NCBI GenBank assembly: GCA_963789955.1
Contig: CAWBMV010000011.1
Location: 17,772 to 81,771 of the forward strand
Source: an uncultured Candidatus Rokubacteria bacterium
Lineage (GTDB): Bacteria > Methylomirabilota > Methylomirabilia > Rokubacteriales > CSP1-6
DNA: 64,000 bases
Reading direction: 5' to 3'
This document shows positions 20,661 to 32,299 of this stretch, piece by piece; position 1 is the first letter of the stretch, and every line of letters begins with the position of its first letter. The notes beneath the pieces were generated by a model. That model did not search any database and was not told the DNA's origin. It worked only from the letters and a program-made list of their open reading frames with translations. Position numbers and translations under genes: made by a program.

Positions 20661-21158
20661 TTACCTCCGCAGCGCGGTCTGCAACTGCGCCAGGTGCTCT
20701 TCGGCGTGGTCAACAATGAACGCCTCGATCGCCTGAGCCACGGTCATCTCGCCGTGCTCGGTCGAGATACCTCGTTTGCCGCGCTCGGCCGGAGAGAGCT
20801 GCCGAATCACGCTTGCCGCCGCTCGAACTTCCTCGTGCAGCTGGCGCAGAAGGGCGTCGGGGTCGGCGCTCGCACCATGAGCAACACCCGCCAATCGCTC
20901 CGGCGACCCGGTGGTGCGCCCAAACGTCGGCGGTGTCCCGGTCGCGGTGATCAGGGTTTGGCAATGCTTCAACCAGTACGGGATCATCTCGGTCATGTGC
21001 CCGAGTGTCTGCATCGCCGACCATTCGTTCCCGCCCGGCGGCGTCCGAAGACGCAAGGCAACGCCGGCCTCCCGTAAGAGTTTCGCGACTTCTTCATGGA
21101 CGCGCTCGAGTCGATTCGCCTGAACCTCGCCCGAGCCGCTCTTCGTGGGTGTAGTCAC
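20661..21158 (-). CDS. DinB family protein
   Basis: EWSAMQTLGHM ... HAEEHLAQL histidine pattern; GGAGG RBS. Confidence 0.8.
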   Translation of the reverse strand: MTTPTKSGSGEVQANRLERVHEEVAKLLREAGVALRLRTPPGGNEWSAMQTLGHMTEMIPYWLKHCQTLITATGTPPTFGRTTGSPERLAGVAHGASADPDALLRQLHEEVRAAASVIRQLSPAERGKRGISTEHGEMTVAQAIEAFIVDHAEEHLAQLQTALRR

Positions 21159-21276
21159 GTCGGCCTCCGCGTCAGAAGTGAGCCGCTTCCGCTTGGCGAT
21201 GGCTCGGTAGATCCAGCCACCCTCGGTGTAGGATTCTAGAGCTATCGCAGGCAGGGCTCGGCAACGCAGAAGAAAT

Positions 21277-21352
21277 TGGCTCCCCGGGCTGGGCTCGAAC
21301 CAGCGACTTCCTGATTAACAGTCAGGCGCTCTACCGACTGAGCTACCGGGGA
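21277..21352 (-). tRNA. tRNA-Asn(GTT)
   Basis: TCCCCGGTAGCTCAGTCGGTAGAGC...CTGTTAA...GGTTCGAGCCC...GGGGAGCCA; 76 nt, CCA encoded. Confidence 0.97.
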
Positions 21353-21467
21353 ACGACCAAATTTTACCGCAGTTTTGCCGGAACCGACGATTCGGCGAAC
21401 CCGCCGCGAACCGCCCGCCGCACGTGCCCCGATCGGCCGAATCACCCAGGAATTCGGTGCCCGGCGC

Positions 21468-21502
21468 TTGACTCTTTAGCACTCATCGTCTACAAGTGCT
21501 AG
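21468..21502 (+). promoter_or_regulatory. groESL promoter with CIRCE (HrcA operator)
   Basis: TTAGCACTC-N9-AAGTGCTAG at 21476-21502 (2 mismatches to TTAGCACTC-N9-GAGTGCTAA); TTGACT -35 at 21468. Confidence 0.85.
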
Positions 21503-21539
21503 CGCGATTCCCATTACTCCAACTGGAGGGAGCAGGCAG

Positions 21540-21827
21540 ATGAAGGTGCGTCCGCTGCACGATCGAATCATGGTCGAGCGTCTGGAAGAGCAGGAGGTCA
21601 AGCGGGGCGGGATCATCATCCCGGACACGGCAAAGGAAAAGCCGCAGGAGGGCAAGGTCATCGCGGTTGGGACGGGAAAGGTCGGCGACGACGGCAAGAA
21701 GATTCCCCTCGACGTGAAGGCCGGCAACAAGATCCTCTTCGGAAAGTACTCGGGCTCCGAGGTCAAGATCGACGACAAGGAATATCTCATCATGCGCGAG
21801 GAAGACGTCCTCGCCATTCTCGAGTAA
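21540..21827 (+). CDS. groES: Co-chaperonin GroES
   Basis: [10 protein letters not shown]...[16 protein letters not shown]...MREEDVLAI. Confidence 0.98.
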   Translation: MKVRPLHDRIMVERLEEQEVKRGGIIIPDTAKEKPQEGKVIAVGTGKVGDDGKKIPLDVKAGNKILFGKYSGSEVKIDDKEYLIMREEDVLAILE

Positions 21828-23462
<1,635 letters not shown>

Positions 23463-23503
23463 GCTCTCCGAGTCGTGCGTTCGAGCCCGCGCGATGCGCG
23501 GGC

Positions 23504-23540
23504 GCCGGCCCGGGCCAGATGGCTCGGGCCGGTTGTTTTT
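23504..23540 (+). terminator. Rho-independent terminator after groEL
   Basis: CCGGCCCGGGCC-AGAT-GGCTCGGGCCGG hairpin followed by TTGTTTTT. Confidence 0.7.
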
Positions 23541-24142
23541 CAGCCGATCTCGCGGCGGCCTTCGAGCGCCTTCGAGAGCGTCACCTGATCCGCGTACTCC
23601 AGATCGCCGCCGACGGGGAGCCCTCGCGCGATCCGCGTGAGGCGCACGCCGAGCGGGCGCAGGAGCTTGGCGAGATAGAGCGCCGTCGCCTCGCCCTCCA
23701 CGTTCGGATTCGTCGCCAGGATGACCTCGGCGATCGCGCTTCCTTCCAGGCGCGCCAGCAGCTCGCGCACCTTCAGATCGTCGGGTCCGATGCCGTCGAG
23801 CGGCGAGAGCGCGCCCAGGAGCACGTGATAGCGGCCGCGGTATTCGCCGGTACGCTCCATCGCCATCAGGTCGTTCGGCTCCTCGACGACGCACAACAGG
23901 CGTCCGTCGCGGGCCGGGTCCGAGCACATCCGGCACGGATCCTGGTCCGTGACGTTGAAGCACGTGCCGCAGTAGACGATCCGATCCTTGACGGCGACGA
24001 GCGACTCGGACAGCTCGCGGACTTCGGCGGCCGGGCGCTTGAGCAGAAAGAACGTGAGCCGCTGGGCCGTCTTCGGCCCGATGCCGGGCAGCCGCTGGAA
24101 GGCTTCGATCAGGCGGGCGACGGGCTCGGGGTAATACGCCAA
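23540..24142 (-). CDS. recR: Recombination mediator RecR
   Basis: [13 protein letters not shown]4 zinc finger, [24 protein letters not shown]. Confidence 0.97.
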   Translation of the reverse strand: MAYYPEPVARLIEAFQRLPGIGPKTAQRLTFFLLKRPAAEVRELSESLVAVKDRIVYCGTCFNVTDQDPCRMCSDPARDGRLLCVVEEPNDLMAMERTGEYRGRYHVLLGALSPLDGIGPDDLKVRELLARLEGSAIAEVILATNPNVEGEATALYLAKLLRPLGVRLTRIARGLPVGGDLEYADQVTLSKALEGRREIG

Positions 24143-24152
24143 CCGGCTCCGC

Positions 24153-24467
24153 CTACATACCCAGACCGGGGATCTTCATCCCGCCGGTCAGCTTCCCGAG
24201 CTCCTGCTGCACGAGCTCCCGCGATTTTCTGAGCGCCTCGTTGGCGGCGGCGAGCACGAGGTCCTCGAGCATCTGGACGTCCTCTTTGTTGACGACCTCG
24301 GGATCGATCTTGACGGCGGTGAGCTCTTGCTTGCCGTTCGCCTCGACCGTCACCATGCCGCCGCCGGCCGTGGCCTCGACCTTGCGCTTGCCGACCTCTT
24401 CCTGCATGGCTGCCATCTGAGCCTGCAGCTTCTGCGCTTCCTTCATGATGTTCCCGAAGCCCTTCAC
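24153..24467 (-). CDS. ybaB: YbaB/EbfC nucleoid-associated protein
   Basis: [11 protein letters not shown]...[13 protein letters not shown]...[11 protein letters not shown]; between dnaX and recR. Confidence 0.95.
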   Translation of the reverse strand: MKGFGNIMKEAQKLQAQMAAMQEEVGKRKVEATAGGGMVTVEANGKQELTAVKIDPEVVNKEDVQMLEDLVLAAANEALRKSRELVQQELGKLTGGMKIPGLGM

Positions 24468-26217
24468 TGACCTTCTCCTTCTGGCAGGCGCGGCCGTACC
24501 GCGACCACCTCGCCCTGAAATTCCGCGATCGCCGCCTGCACCGCCGGGTGCGCCGAGATGGTCCCGGTGGCGTCGCTGCCCGACACCACGTTGATGCGCT
24601 CGGCGCCGGCGACGCAGCGCCGCACCGCCTGCAGGACCAGCTCGCGGTTCGCGACATCCGCCAGCATCTCTCGATGGAAATGATTCCCGTGCAGCACGAT
24701 CGTCAGCTCGCGATCGCTGATCGCGCTCGGCCGGGCCTGCGTCAGCAGGCTTCCGAGGGTCGGCTTCTTCTTCATGACCTCGTCTACGACCCGCTCCCAC
24801 GCCGTCGCCAGATCTTGCGTGGGCGGCGGGGCCGCCGATGCGGGCGCCGCCGGAGCGGATGGCGGACCGGGCGGCGGAGCGACCATGGTCGAGCGCGGCG
24901 CGCGTCGGTGGCGGCGCGCTCGCCGGCCGCGGAGCGGGCGCGACTGCGCTGGGCGCCACGGCGCGGGCAGCGGGCCGGCCTGCGCGCGTCGACACGCGCC
25001 GCGGCGGGCTCAGATCCGGTCAAGAGACTCGCCTGCGCTGCCGGCGCGGTCGCCGGCGTCGCGAGCGCGTGCTGTCGGATCTCGCGCTGCGCCTCGTCGA
25101 CCCGCCGCAGCACGTCGTCGAGCGCCTGAGGCACGGGGCGGCGCGTCGAGCGCACGGTGGCGATCTCGAGCTCGACCCGCGGGTGCGGCGACTCGCGCAT
25201 GAGCGCGTCGGCTTCGAGAAACGCACGGAGCACGTAGAGGATCTCGTCGAGGCTCGCGGTCTCGCCGAGCTTGCGCAGCTCGTTGCCTTCGGAATGCGTG
25301 AGGTCGGCGGGCTTCGCGTTCGGCGCGGCCTTCAGCACGAGCGTGAGCCGCAAGAGCTCGATGACGTCGCGCGTGAACGCCAGGAGATCCTCGCCGTCGC
25401 GCGCCGCCCGGTCGATCGCCTCGAGCGCCGCACTCGTGTCATGCCCGACAATGGCCGTCGCGAACGCGCGCACCGTGACGGGCGCCGTCGCGCCGAGCAG
25501 CTTCGCGGTCGTGTCCGCCTCGAGCCGGCCTTCACCGTAGGCGATCGCCGTGTCGAGGAGCGAGAGCGCGTCGCGCAACGAGCCTTCGGCCGCGCGCACG
25601 ATGACCGGCAGTGCCGCCGGCTCGAACGGAATCTTTTCCTCGTTCAGGATGCGCTCGAGCGACGCGCGCAGCGCATCGGGCGCGATCGGGCGGAAATCGA
25701 AGCGCTGCACGCGCGAGAGCACGGTCGGCGGAATCTCGCGAGGGTCCGTCGTCGCGAGCACGAAGACGATGTGGGCCGGCGGCTCCTCCAGGGTCTTCAG
25801 GAGTGCGTTGAAGGCGGCCTCGGTGAGCTGGTGGACCTCGTCGATGATGTAGACCTTGTACTTGCCGCGCGCCGGCGTGTACTTCACGTTCTCGCGGAGC
25901 GTCCGGATCTCTTCGATACCTCGATTCGAGGCGCCGTCGATCTCGATCACATCCACGAGCGTCCCGGCCAACCCCTCGACGCATACCGCGCACTTGCCGC
26001 AGGGCTCAGGGCCGGTCCGTGCCGTACAGAGGAGCGCGCGCGCCAGCAGCCGGGCCGTCGTCGTCTTGCCGATGCCGCGCGGACCGGCGAACAGGTAGGC
26101 GTGCGCGATGCGGCCCGAGGCCAGCGCGTTCCGGAGCGTGCGCGTGATCGCGTCCTGACCGACGACGGCGTCGAACGTTTGCGGGCGCCACTTCCGCGCG
26201 AGAACTTGATAGCTCAT
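24464..26217 (-). CDS. dnaX: DNA polymerase III gamma/tau subunit; apparent frameshifts in Pro/Ala linker (~24890-25000)
   Basis: YQVLARKWRPQTF, GPRGIGKTT, IIDEVHQL, LLKTLEEPP; C-terminal domain in ORF 24464-24886. Confidence 0.93.
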
Positions 26218-26237
26218 GAATCACGCTCAGAAGAAAT

Positions 26238-26506
26238 GACCGTGCACCCTCCTTCGAACGGCCCGTACTGCGATCTCTCCCCGGAGCCTGCTCCGGCCAG
26301 GTACTCCCACGGCACACGAGAGGGTCGCCTTACCGTTGCTCCCTTCCGGGCCTGGCGGGGTTCGACGATTCTCGTTGCGTGGGGCCCAACCTTCAACGCC
26401 GCCCCGTGAAGCTCACTCAACACGATCCGCCCTCGAGAAGGAATTCAACCCCGCTGAAGCGGATTGCGGGTTACAGGGCACCGCTAACTCCCCGTCTAGC
26501 ACGGCC
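26238..26506 (-). ncRNA. ffs: Large (Alu-domain-containing) bacterial SRP RNA
   Basis: 5' GGCCGTGCTAGACGGGGAG pairs with 3' GGGTGCACGGTC; helix-8 motif CCGCCAGGCCCGGAAGGGAGCAACGG; ~270 nt directly upstream of dnaX. Confidence 0.88.
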
Positions 26507-26520
26507 AAGCGGAACACATC

Positions 26521-26613
26521 TGGCGGAGGGGCCGGGATTCGAACCCGGGGCACAGGGGTTACCCGTGCACGGCATTTCCAGTGCCGCACCTTCGGCCGCT
26601 CGGTCACCCCTCC
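26521..26613 (-). tRNA. tRNA-Ser(GGA)
   Basis: Anticodon arm CGGCA-CTGGAAA-TGCCG, long variable arm, GGTTCGAATCC, CCA. Confidence 0.95.
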
Positions 26614-26656
26614 ACATTTCTGGCTCATCGGGACTTCGACGATCGTCGGGAAAATT

Positions 26657-26751
26657 TGGCGGAGGGGAGAGGATTTGAACCCCCGAGGGACCTTCTGGGC
26701 CCCTATCCGATTTCGAGTCGGACGCCTTCGACCGGGCTCGGCCACCCCTCC
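26657..26751 (-). tRNA. tRNA-Ser(CGA)
   Basis: Anticodon arm TCCGA-CTCGAAA-TCGGA, long variable arm, GGTTCAAATCC, CCA. Confidence 0.95.
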
Positions 26752-26797
26752 GCCTACTTTTGCCGAATGACTCTACCACGTTACACGATGGGTCACG

Positions 26798-27076
26798 GCT
26801 ACTGCCCGTCGCTCCAGCACGAGCTCAAGCCCCAGCCGACGCCCTGTCCGCCGCGCAGGCCGGTCGCTGCCCCGATCTGCTGCCGTCCCCAGTCGCACTG
26901 GGCCTGCGTCCCGAACGGTCCCTGGGTGGCCGCCGACAAGGCCTGGCCCGGGTATTGAGTCACGACCATGAACCACCAGAACGCCACGATCGCGCTGCGC
27001 TTCGCGTTCATCTTCCCTCCTCGAAAATCGCCCGCCGAGGTTCTACTCTAGATGAGCGTCACAGTATCACTGGGTC
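26798..27076. repeat. 279-bp direct repeat, copy 1 (peptide cassette)
   Basis: Aligns gap-free to 32300-32578 with about 10 substitutions (manual count). Confidence 0.95.
26799..27011 (-). CDS. 70-aa Cys/Trp/Gly-rich small protein, copy 1
   Basis: GAGGAGGGAAG-ATG RBS; ORF intact in both repeat copies. Confidence 0.7.
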   Translation of the reverse strand: MNAKRSAIVAFWWFMVVTQYPGQALSAATQGPFGTQAQCDWGRQQIGAATGLRGGQGVGWGLSSCWSDGQ

Positions 27077-27450
27077 ACGGCGCTGACAGACGTTACGTGA
27101 CGACGCGCTTCGCTGCGAGTCAAGTTGGAGTCAAGTTCGGGAATGGGCTCGGGCTCCGATCGGGCGACCTGCATCGCTGTCTCAGCGGCCGACCGCGGGG
27201 CGACCGTCTTCTCGACAGCCGTCCGCAGGTGATCGGGGCTCCGGTGGCTGTATCGCTCCACCATCGCCAGCGACGCCCGGCTTCTCGAAGGGCTTCCTGA
27301 GCCCGCTTCACCGCTCTAGGAAAGAACTTGTCCGGCTCACGGTAGCGACGGGGGGAAACGGGCTCGCGCAGATCATTGGGCCGGGTCCGCTGCGTGCGCA
27401 TCTCTACAAGGACGGCCTCGACGCGGAAGCCACCGGGCTTGTCCTCGACG
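27067..27450 (-). pseudogene. Tyrosine recombinase/integrase C-terminal remnant
   Basis: LAMVERYSHRSPDHLRTAVEK resembles the catalytic-Tyr box; upstream FFPRAVKRAQEAL in another frame; HxxR box missing. Confidence 0.6.
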
Positions 27451-27585
27451 GCGTATCCACGGCCCCTCGGAATAGGTCGGCAAGGTTGCACAGCCAGCGA
27501 GAAGGAGGGCCAGGAAGAGCGTGCACGCGTGACACCCGGCGAATCCGAGGGCTGCGCTCAGGAGCTGCCGCGTTGGTCGAGCACG

Positions 27586-28478
27586 CTACTCGATCAACTG
27601 GTCTGCTCGCAGCAACAGCGTCTGCGGGATCGTGAGCCCGAGGGCCTTGGCGGTCTTGAGGTTAATGGACGGCTCGTACTTATCGGGCTGCTCGACCGGG
27701 ATATCACCAGGCGTCGCTCCCTTCAGAATCTTGTCAATATATGTTGCCGAGCGACGGAACTGTCTCGCGAGATCGGTCACATAGCTGAACAGCAGTCCTG
27801 CTCTCACGAACGGCTGGTAGGTGGTTGCCGTTGGTAGTCGGTTCTTGACAGCGAACTCCGCGAGCCTCTCGGCATCACATGGCGTGATTGGTACCGGCCA
27901 GACGTAAAGCGCCTCTGCGCGTTGCCTCAGCACGGCCGTAAAGGCTGCGTCGAGATCCGCCGACGTTCGGAGTTCGACGCGTTGTGGTCTAACACCCAAG
28001 ATCTTGGCTGCGACTGCCATCTGCTGATCGGGCACCGTCTGGCCAGGGTTGCTCGAATCGATCAACACGGTAAGGCGAGAGAGCGAGGGAGCGCCTCCTT
28101 AAGAAGCTCGAGATTCTTCTGGACCATCTCGGGACTGTCCTGGTCGTCTGCTTGGCGACCAGAGTCAATACCCGGCCCGTCGTATGCAAGATATCGACGT
28201 TTAGACGAACCAACTCGGCTACTAGGTCGGGGGATCTGTCGGGCTTCCCTGGTGCACTTCGGTGCACTTCCGCATTCAATGACGATGTTGCGACCCTCGT
28301 CGTAGCCCAGTTCACGTAAACCTTGGCGGAAAGGGATGAGGAATGGATCGTCCGAGCAGCCGAAGTAGCTGAGATAGCCAATCCGATAAACCCTTCCCGC
28401 CTGCTGCCCCTCGGCCGCGAGCGGCGCAAGAAGGCTGACAGCGAGAACGACCACGAGCCCGATCAGCCGCATGGGCAT
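27586..28478 (-). pseudogene. ABC transporter substrate-binding protein (ABC_sub_bind family), degraded
   Basis: MRLIGLVVVL..YRIGYL..FRQGLRELGYDEGRNIVIE; ATYIDKILKGATPGDIPVEQP..INLKTAKALGLTIPQTLLLRAD in another frame. Confidence 0.8.
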
Positions 28479-28800
28479 GTCTCGGTGGAGGATGCTGGCG
28501 GTCAGTCGATTCTTGCTGGATAATCTGACGGGCGATGCGCTCGCGCTCGGGCGCGACGGGGGCACACGCTCGGTGTGAGGATAAGCCTGGCGGGAGTCGC
28601 TATCGGGGTTGCCGCAGCGACGATGTTCTTGGAGGAAGGCGTCGAGGTCGGCGAGCAGGTTTCGGTCACGTTGATTACGCACACGGCGCCGCTACTCGGA
28701 CGCAGTCACTGCGTCAACGTCTCCGACTGTGGATATTACCTCCCCTTCGGCCCACGGGGGGCCACGGTGTCGGGAAGGCGTCCGGGCAACGACTAAAGAG

Positions 28801-29019
28801 TCACTCGGTCAAGCGGTAATGCTGCCTGAGAAGCGTGCGGAGCTTCTGGGCCATCGTCACGCCCTCGTCGGCGGCGTTCTTCTTGATCGCGCGATGAAGA
28901 GGCTCTGGAAGGTCGAGGGTGAGGCGCTTCATCCGGATTCGCGCCCGTGGGGATGTGCTCAGCGCCTTGCTTCTCTGATGATGTGTCCGCTTCCCGCGCT
29001 TGGTAGGTGAGTCGGCCAT
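28801..29019 (-). CDS. Ribbon-helix-helix DNA-binding protein (ParG/CopG-like)
   Basis: MKRLTLDLPEPLHRAIKKNAADEGVTMAQKLRTLL pattern; start uncertain (28932 or 29019). Confidence 0.65.
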   Translation of the reverse strand: MADSPTKRGKRTHHQRSKALSTSPRARIRMKRLTLDLPEPLHRAIKKNAADEGVTMAQKLRTLLRQHYRLTE

Positions 29020-29383
29020 GTTGACAGATTCTCCGTACCCAGATTGACCTTCCACCTCTGGGCAGGGAACAAAGCAAGAACGGTACCGCACTGTTGACTA
29101 CTGCAAAAGCAGTGAGTTACAGCGGCCGAGGGTGACGGCGCTGGAAACAATGTGTCCGCCATCGGTGTGTTGCTAATCACGGTGGTCAGCCTGGGAGAAG
29201 GCTGTTCCTCTCAGGCTTCGCTGATTAGGCATAAGCATGGGTTCTACAACTCGCCGAAATTTTGGCCAATAATTTTGTACGATTGATGCGTTCAGCAATT
29301 ACGGAAATACAGAATTTCTGCTAGACTCCGCTGACTCTTTTCGCGCCTATTGCTGCGACGCGACCGAAACAGCGGAGGGCATA

Positions 29384-29587
29384 TTGAACACTTCGCTCGT
29401 ACCCAACGATCTCAACGGCGCTCGCGGCATCCTGATCGGCACAGTGCTGTCGTTGCCGCTCTGGGGACTCATCCTGGCGCTCTGGTATCTCCTGACCTCG
29501 GGCGGAGGGCATCCCTTATTAGCTGACGGCGATGAATCTTTGTGGGTGGACGATCCTCGGACTGATGAGCTGAGGATGAGCCGTTGA
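29384..29587 (+). CDS. Small single-TM hypothetical protein
   Basis: GGAGG RBS before TTG; GILIGTVLSLPLWGLILALWYLL hydrophobic helix. Confidence 0.45.
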   Translation: MNTSLVPNDLNGARGILIGTVLSLPLWGLILALWYLLTSGGGHPLLADGDESLWVDDPRTDELRMSR

Positions 29588-30117
29588 GCACACATGATGG
29601 TCGTCGACGAAGTCTTCAAGGCGGCGAGAAGAGTCATTCAATCACACTGACGGAGTCATCGCCCCCAACCTGTCATTTTTCAGGGGGGTGTGCAGAGTCT
29701 CTATCTCTCCTTCTCTCTCTGACATTGTCCCGCTCGCTGTTGAACTTGGCTGAGCCCGACGGCAGGGCATCATACCCTCAGTTCACGGCGCGGAGGAGAG
29801 TACCGACATAGGTGCCTTTGACTCGAAATTCTCCTGTATAGGAAAGAAAGCGAGTGGCTGGCTTTCCGGGCAGTGACACCGTGTCGCACCCGCAGCAGAT
29901 GCGACCCCTGCGGATGGACCCGTGTCCGCGTCCTCTTCGGCCGATTCAGATTCCCAACGAAACGGCGGCCGGTCTGGTCAGTCGGCTGACGCGCTCGATG
30001 CTACGGCCAGCCCAGCTCGCCGACCTCTCGCTTGCGCTCGGTAAAGAACGCCTGAATGCCCTCGTGCCCGTCGCCAGGGCAGGCCATTGGAGGGATGGTC
30101 CCAGGTCCCTGGTCTGC

Positions 30118-30417
30118 TCACGAGCCCATAAGCGCGCTGAGTGCCTCTCCAATTTGGATAGTTACCGGGGACCCACGCCCCGCCTTGAATTCCGTAAGGT
30201 CCTCCGATGACAGCACTAGCGTTGCCGATTTGCCGAGCGGTGAATGCAGCGCCAACTTCCATGGAGCGCCCGGCCCAGGCAGACTCATCGAGCCGTCAAA
30301 AACCACAGGACCGGTGGGACTGAGCCGGACTCCCTTTTCGGTCGCGAGCGTCCTAACAACTTTGACCAGGCGCACCCGCATATCGATCACGCCGGATTGT
30401 GTGTATAGCTCATCCAT
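30118..30417 (-). CDS. Hypothetical protein
   Basis: GAGGAGG RBS; 99 aa of protein-like composition. Confidence 0.5.
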   Translation of the reverse strand: MDELYTQSGVIDMRVRLVKVVRTLATEKGVRLSPTGPVVFDGSMSLPGPGAPWKLALHSPLGKSATLVLSSEDLTEFKAGRGSPVTIQIGEALSALMGS

Positions 30418-30489
30418 CCCCGTGCCTCCTCATCCACGAACAAGAATTCCGAAAGCCTTCCCAGGTTCTGCTGCCTCAACACACGCGAA

Positions 30490-30867
30490 CTAGATCGATT
30501 GGCAAGCCATGGCCACGATGTGCTCAAGGGGAACGAAGTCGACCGGTTTGGGAATGTAAGCGAACAGCCCGAGCCTGAAGATCGCTTCGACCACCTCACG
30601 CTTCGTACCCTTGCTGGCCGCAATGATTGGGATCGCCCTGTCGTGTTGGCGAAGCTTCGTTACCATCGAGAGGGCATCGAACCCTTCCATCTCGGGCTCA
30701 AGGATGATCAGATCTGGGCGCCGCTCGTTGAGCGCGGTGACGGTCTCCGAAGTCGACGTCGCGGCAACCACATCGTACTCACAGGCGTGACGGAACCTCG
30801 CGAAGCAGTCCTTCAGCCGTGGTCCCTGCGCCTGGTCGTTATCGAGGATGAGCACTCGTTTCGACAT
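30490..30867 (-). CDS. Single-domain response regulator receiver (atypical)
   Basis: RVLILDND, RPDLIILEPEMEGFDA, IPIIAAS, AYIPKPVD; AGGAGG RBS. Confidence 0.75.
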   Translation of the reverse strand: MSKRVLILDNDQAQGPRLKDCFARFRHACEYDVVAATSTSETVTALNERRPDLIILEPEMEGFDALSMVTKLRQHDRAIPIIAASKGTKREVVEAIFRLGLFAYIPKPVDFVPLEHIVAMACQSI

Positions 30868-31033
30868 CACGGCTCCTCCTTTAGCACTGGCCAGGTCCAT
30901 CGCATACCTGGTGCCAGAGGTGCGAGTCCCTACGAAGTACTGTTTCTCAGGCGGTTAGAGGCGTTGGCGGCGCGTGGGAGGTAACTTTCTAGCCTGCCGG
31001 GGTGAGAGAATTGTCCAGTCCTCTCTCTCCCAG

Positions 31034-31255
31034 TCATTCGCGTTTCACGCTGATTCGTTCGTGGGCGCCCCAGGTCCGGATGTCGGGCACACCGGGTTGG
31101 TTGACTCTTAGGAGCCGCACTTGCGCATTCTTTCCGCCCGCCGTGGTGAATGGATGGCCGACGACTTCCCATTCACCAGTCTCGTCCGTGATGCGGTCTC
31201 CAATCCGAAGCTGCATCGGAAGGACACGGGCTGTTCCGGGTGGCAGGGGCGGCGG
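31034..31255 (-). pseudogene. 5'-truncated small hypothetical protein
   Basis: RVLPMQLRIGDRITDETGEWEVVGHPF...WGAHERISVKRE; no credible start. Confidence 0.45.
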
Positions 31256-31259
31256 TCTT

Positions 31260-31558
31260 GGGCACGATGGCGCCCGGCAGTCGATGCAGATGTACATCAA
31301 AGCGTTCCCTGATCTTCACTTTGGCATCGAGCAAATGATCGCGAGCGGTGAGTACGTCATTACGAGATGGCACGGCACGGGAACCCACAAAGGGGAGCTG
31401 ATGGGAATTCCCGCTTCTGGTCGGCGCGGAGAGGGCGTACGCGGCTGTAACGTCACGGAGTACAGAGGGGAAAGATCGTTCGCGAATGGGTGTACTGGGA
31501 TGTCGCCACCTTGCTGCGCCAGATCGGTGCGATGCCTGCTCCAAGCGGTACGGTATAG
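31260..31558 (+). pseudogene. SnoaL-like ester cyclase fragment, 5'-truncated and frameshifted
   Basis: AFPDLHFGIEQMIASGEYVITRWHGTGTHKGELMGIPASGR, then KIVREWVYWDVATLLRQIG in the next frame. Confidence 0.75.
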
Positions 31559-31701
31559 CGGCCGACTTAACGCAAAACGAGCGTCGGGACTCTCTCGGCG
31601 CTCGTTAGTTCGACTGCGACGAAGCCGAGGCCCGCGGCTCGTAGACTCCCATCGCGGTCCTCAAGTTTCTCCCCGAAACGCCTAGGCCCAGGAGGTCAGC
31701 C

Positions 31702-32148
31702 ATGAAGGAATTGGTCTTCGCTCTGGAGTTCAAGGGCAGCGCCGCGCCCGTGCCCGGCTCGGACAAGAAACTGCAAGCCAAGACCTCAGCTACCAGTCAG
31801 ATCCTTCGCAGCGTACTGAAGGCTGACGGGATTCAGGCAGGTGTTGAATCGACCGTCGGAGGATCCGCGAGCTTTGAGTCCGAGGTCGAAATCGTCGGCG
31901 AAGGAATGTTCGTCGAGTCCGGGAGTATCAGATACGGGGATGCCGGTAAGGTCTCCTTCAAAACGGTCGGACGTGGCACCCTTGGTCCCAGCCCGGTCGC
32001 CGACATCCAGCGGGGTGCGGTCATGTGGGAGGTGACCGGGGGCGAAGGGCGTTTGGCGGGCGCACAGGGTCTTATCACGTCAAACTTCACGGTGGGAGCA
32101 CAGGGTGAGGTCGTGGACGACCAATTCGCCCGGCTCTACCTTCCCTAG
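31702..32148 (+). CDS. Hypothetical beta-rich protein
   Basis: AGGAGG RBS; WEVTGGEGRLAGAQG resembles DUF3224/dirigent-like barrel motifs. Confidence 0.65.
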   Translation: MKELVFALEFKGSAAPVPGSDKKLQAKTSATSQILRSVLKADGIQAGVESTVGGSASFESEVEIVGEGMFVESGSIRYGDAGKVSFKTVGRGTLGPSPVADIQRGAVMWEVTGGEGRLAGAQGLITSNFTVGAQGEVVDDQFARLYLP

Positions 32149-32299
32149 TCAATTCTGCGGTCAGTCCCACTAGCGCTCCGCGAGCGTCGAGTCTTCTCGG
32201 CGCTCGTGGTGTTTTGAGGCGCCGCCCTGCGAGAATCCTACGGGTTTGAGAAGGTAGCGTCACGTGACGACGCGCTTCGCCGCCGCGACGACCGCACAA

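Larger units (their letters stand above)
27091..32280. mobile_element. Decayed integrative element bounded by 23-bp direct repeats
   Basis: CGT(T/C)ACGTGACGACGCGCTTCGC at 27091-27113 and 32258-32280; integrase remnant; fragmented, lower-GC cargo; next to tRNA-Ser. Confidence 0.55.

Noticed and set aside
24880..25010. Programmed dnaX frameshift producing gamma and tau
   Set aside because: No A-AAA-AAG or poly-A slippery site; two frame changes are needed in a GC-rich linker; similar indels occur throughout the window, so error is more likely.
26521..26751. Long tRNAs as tRNA-Sec or suppressor tRNAs
   Set aside because: Anticodons are GGA and CGA with 7-bp acceptor stems; the length is due to the normal Ser variable arm.
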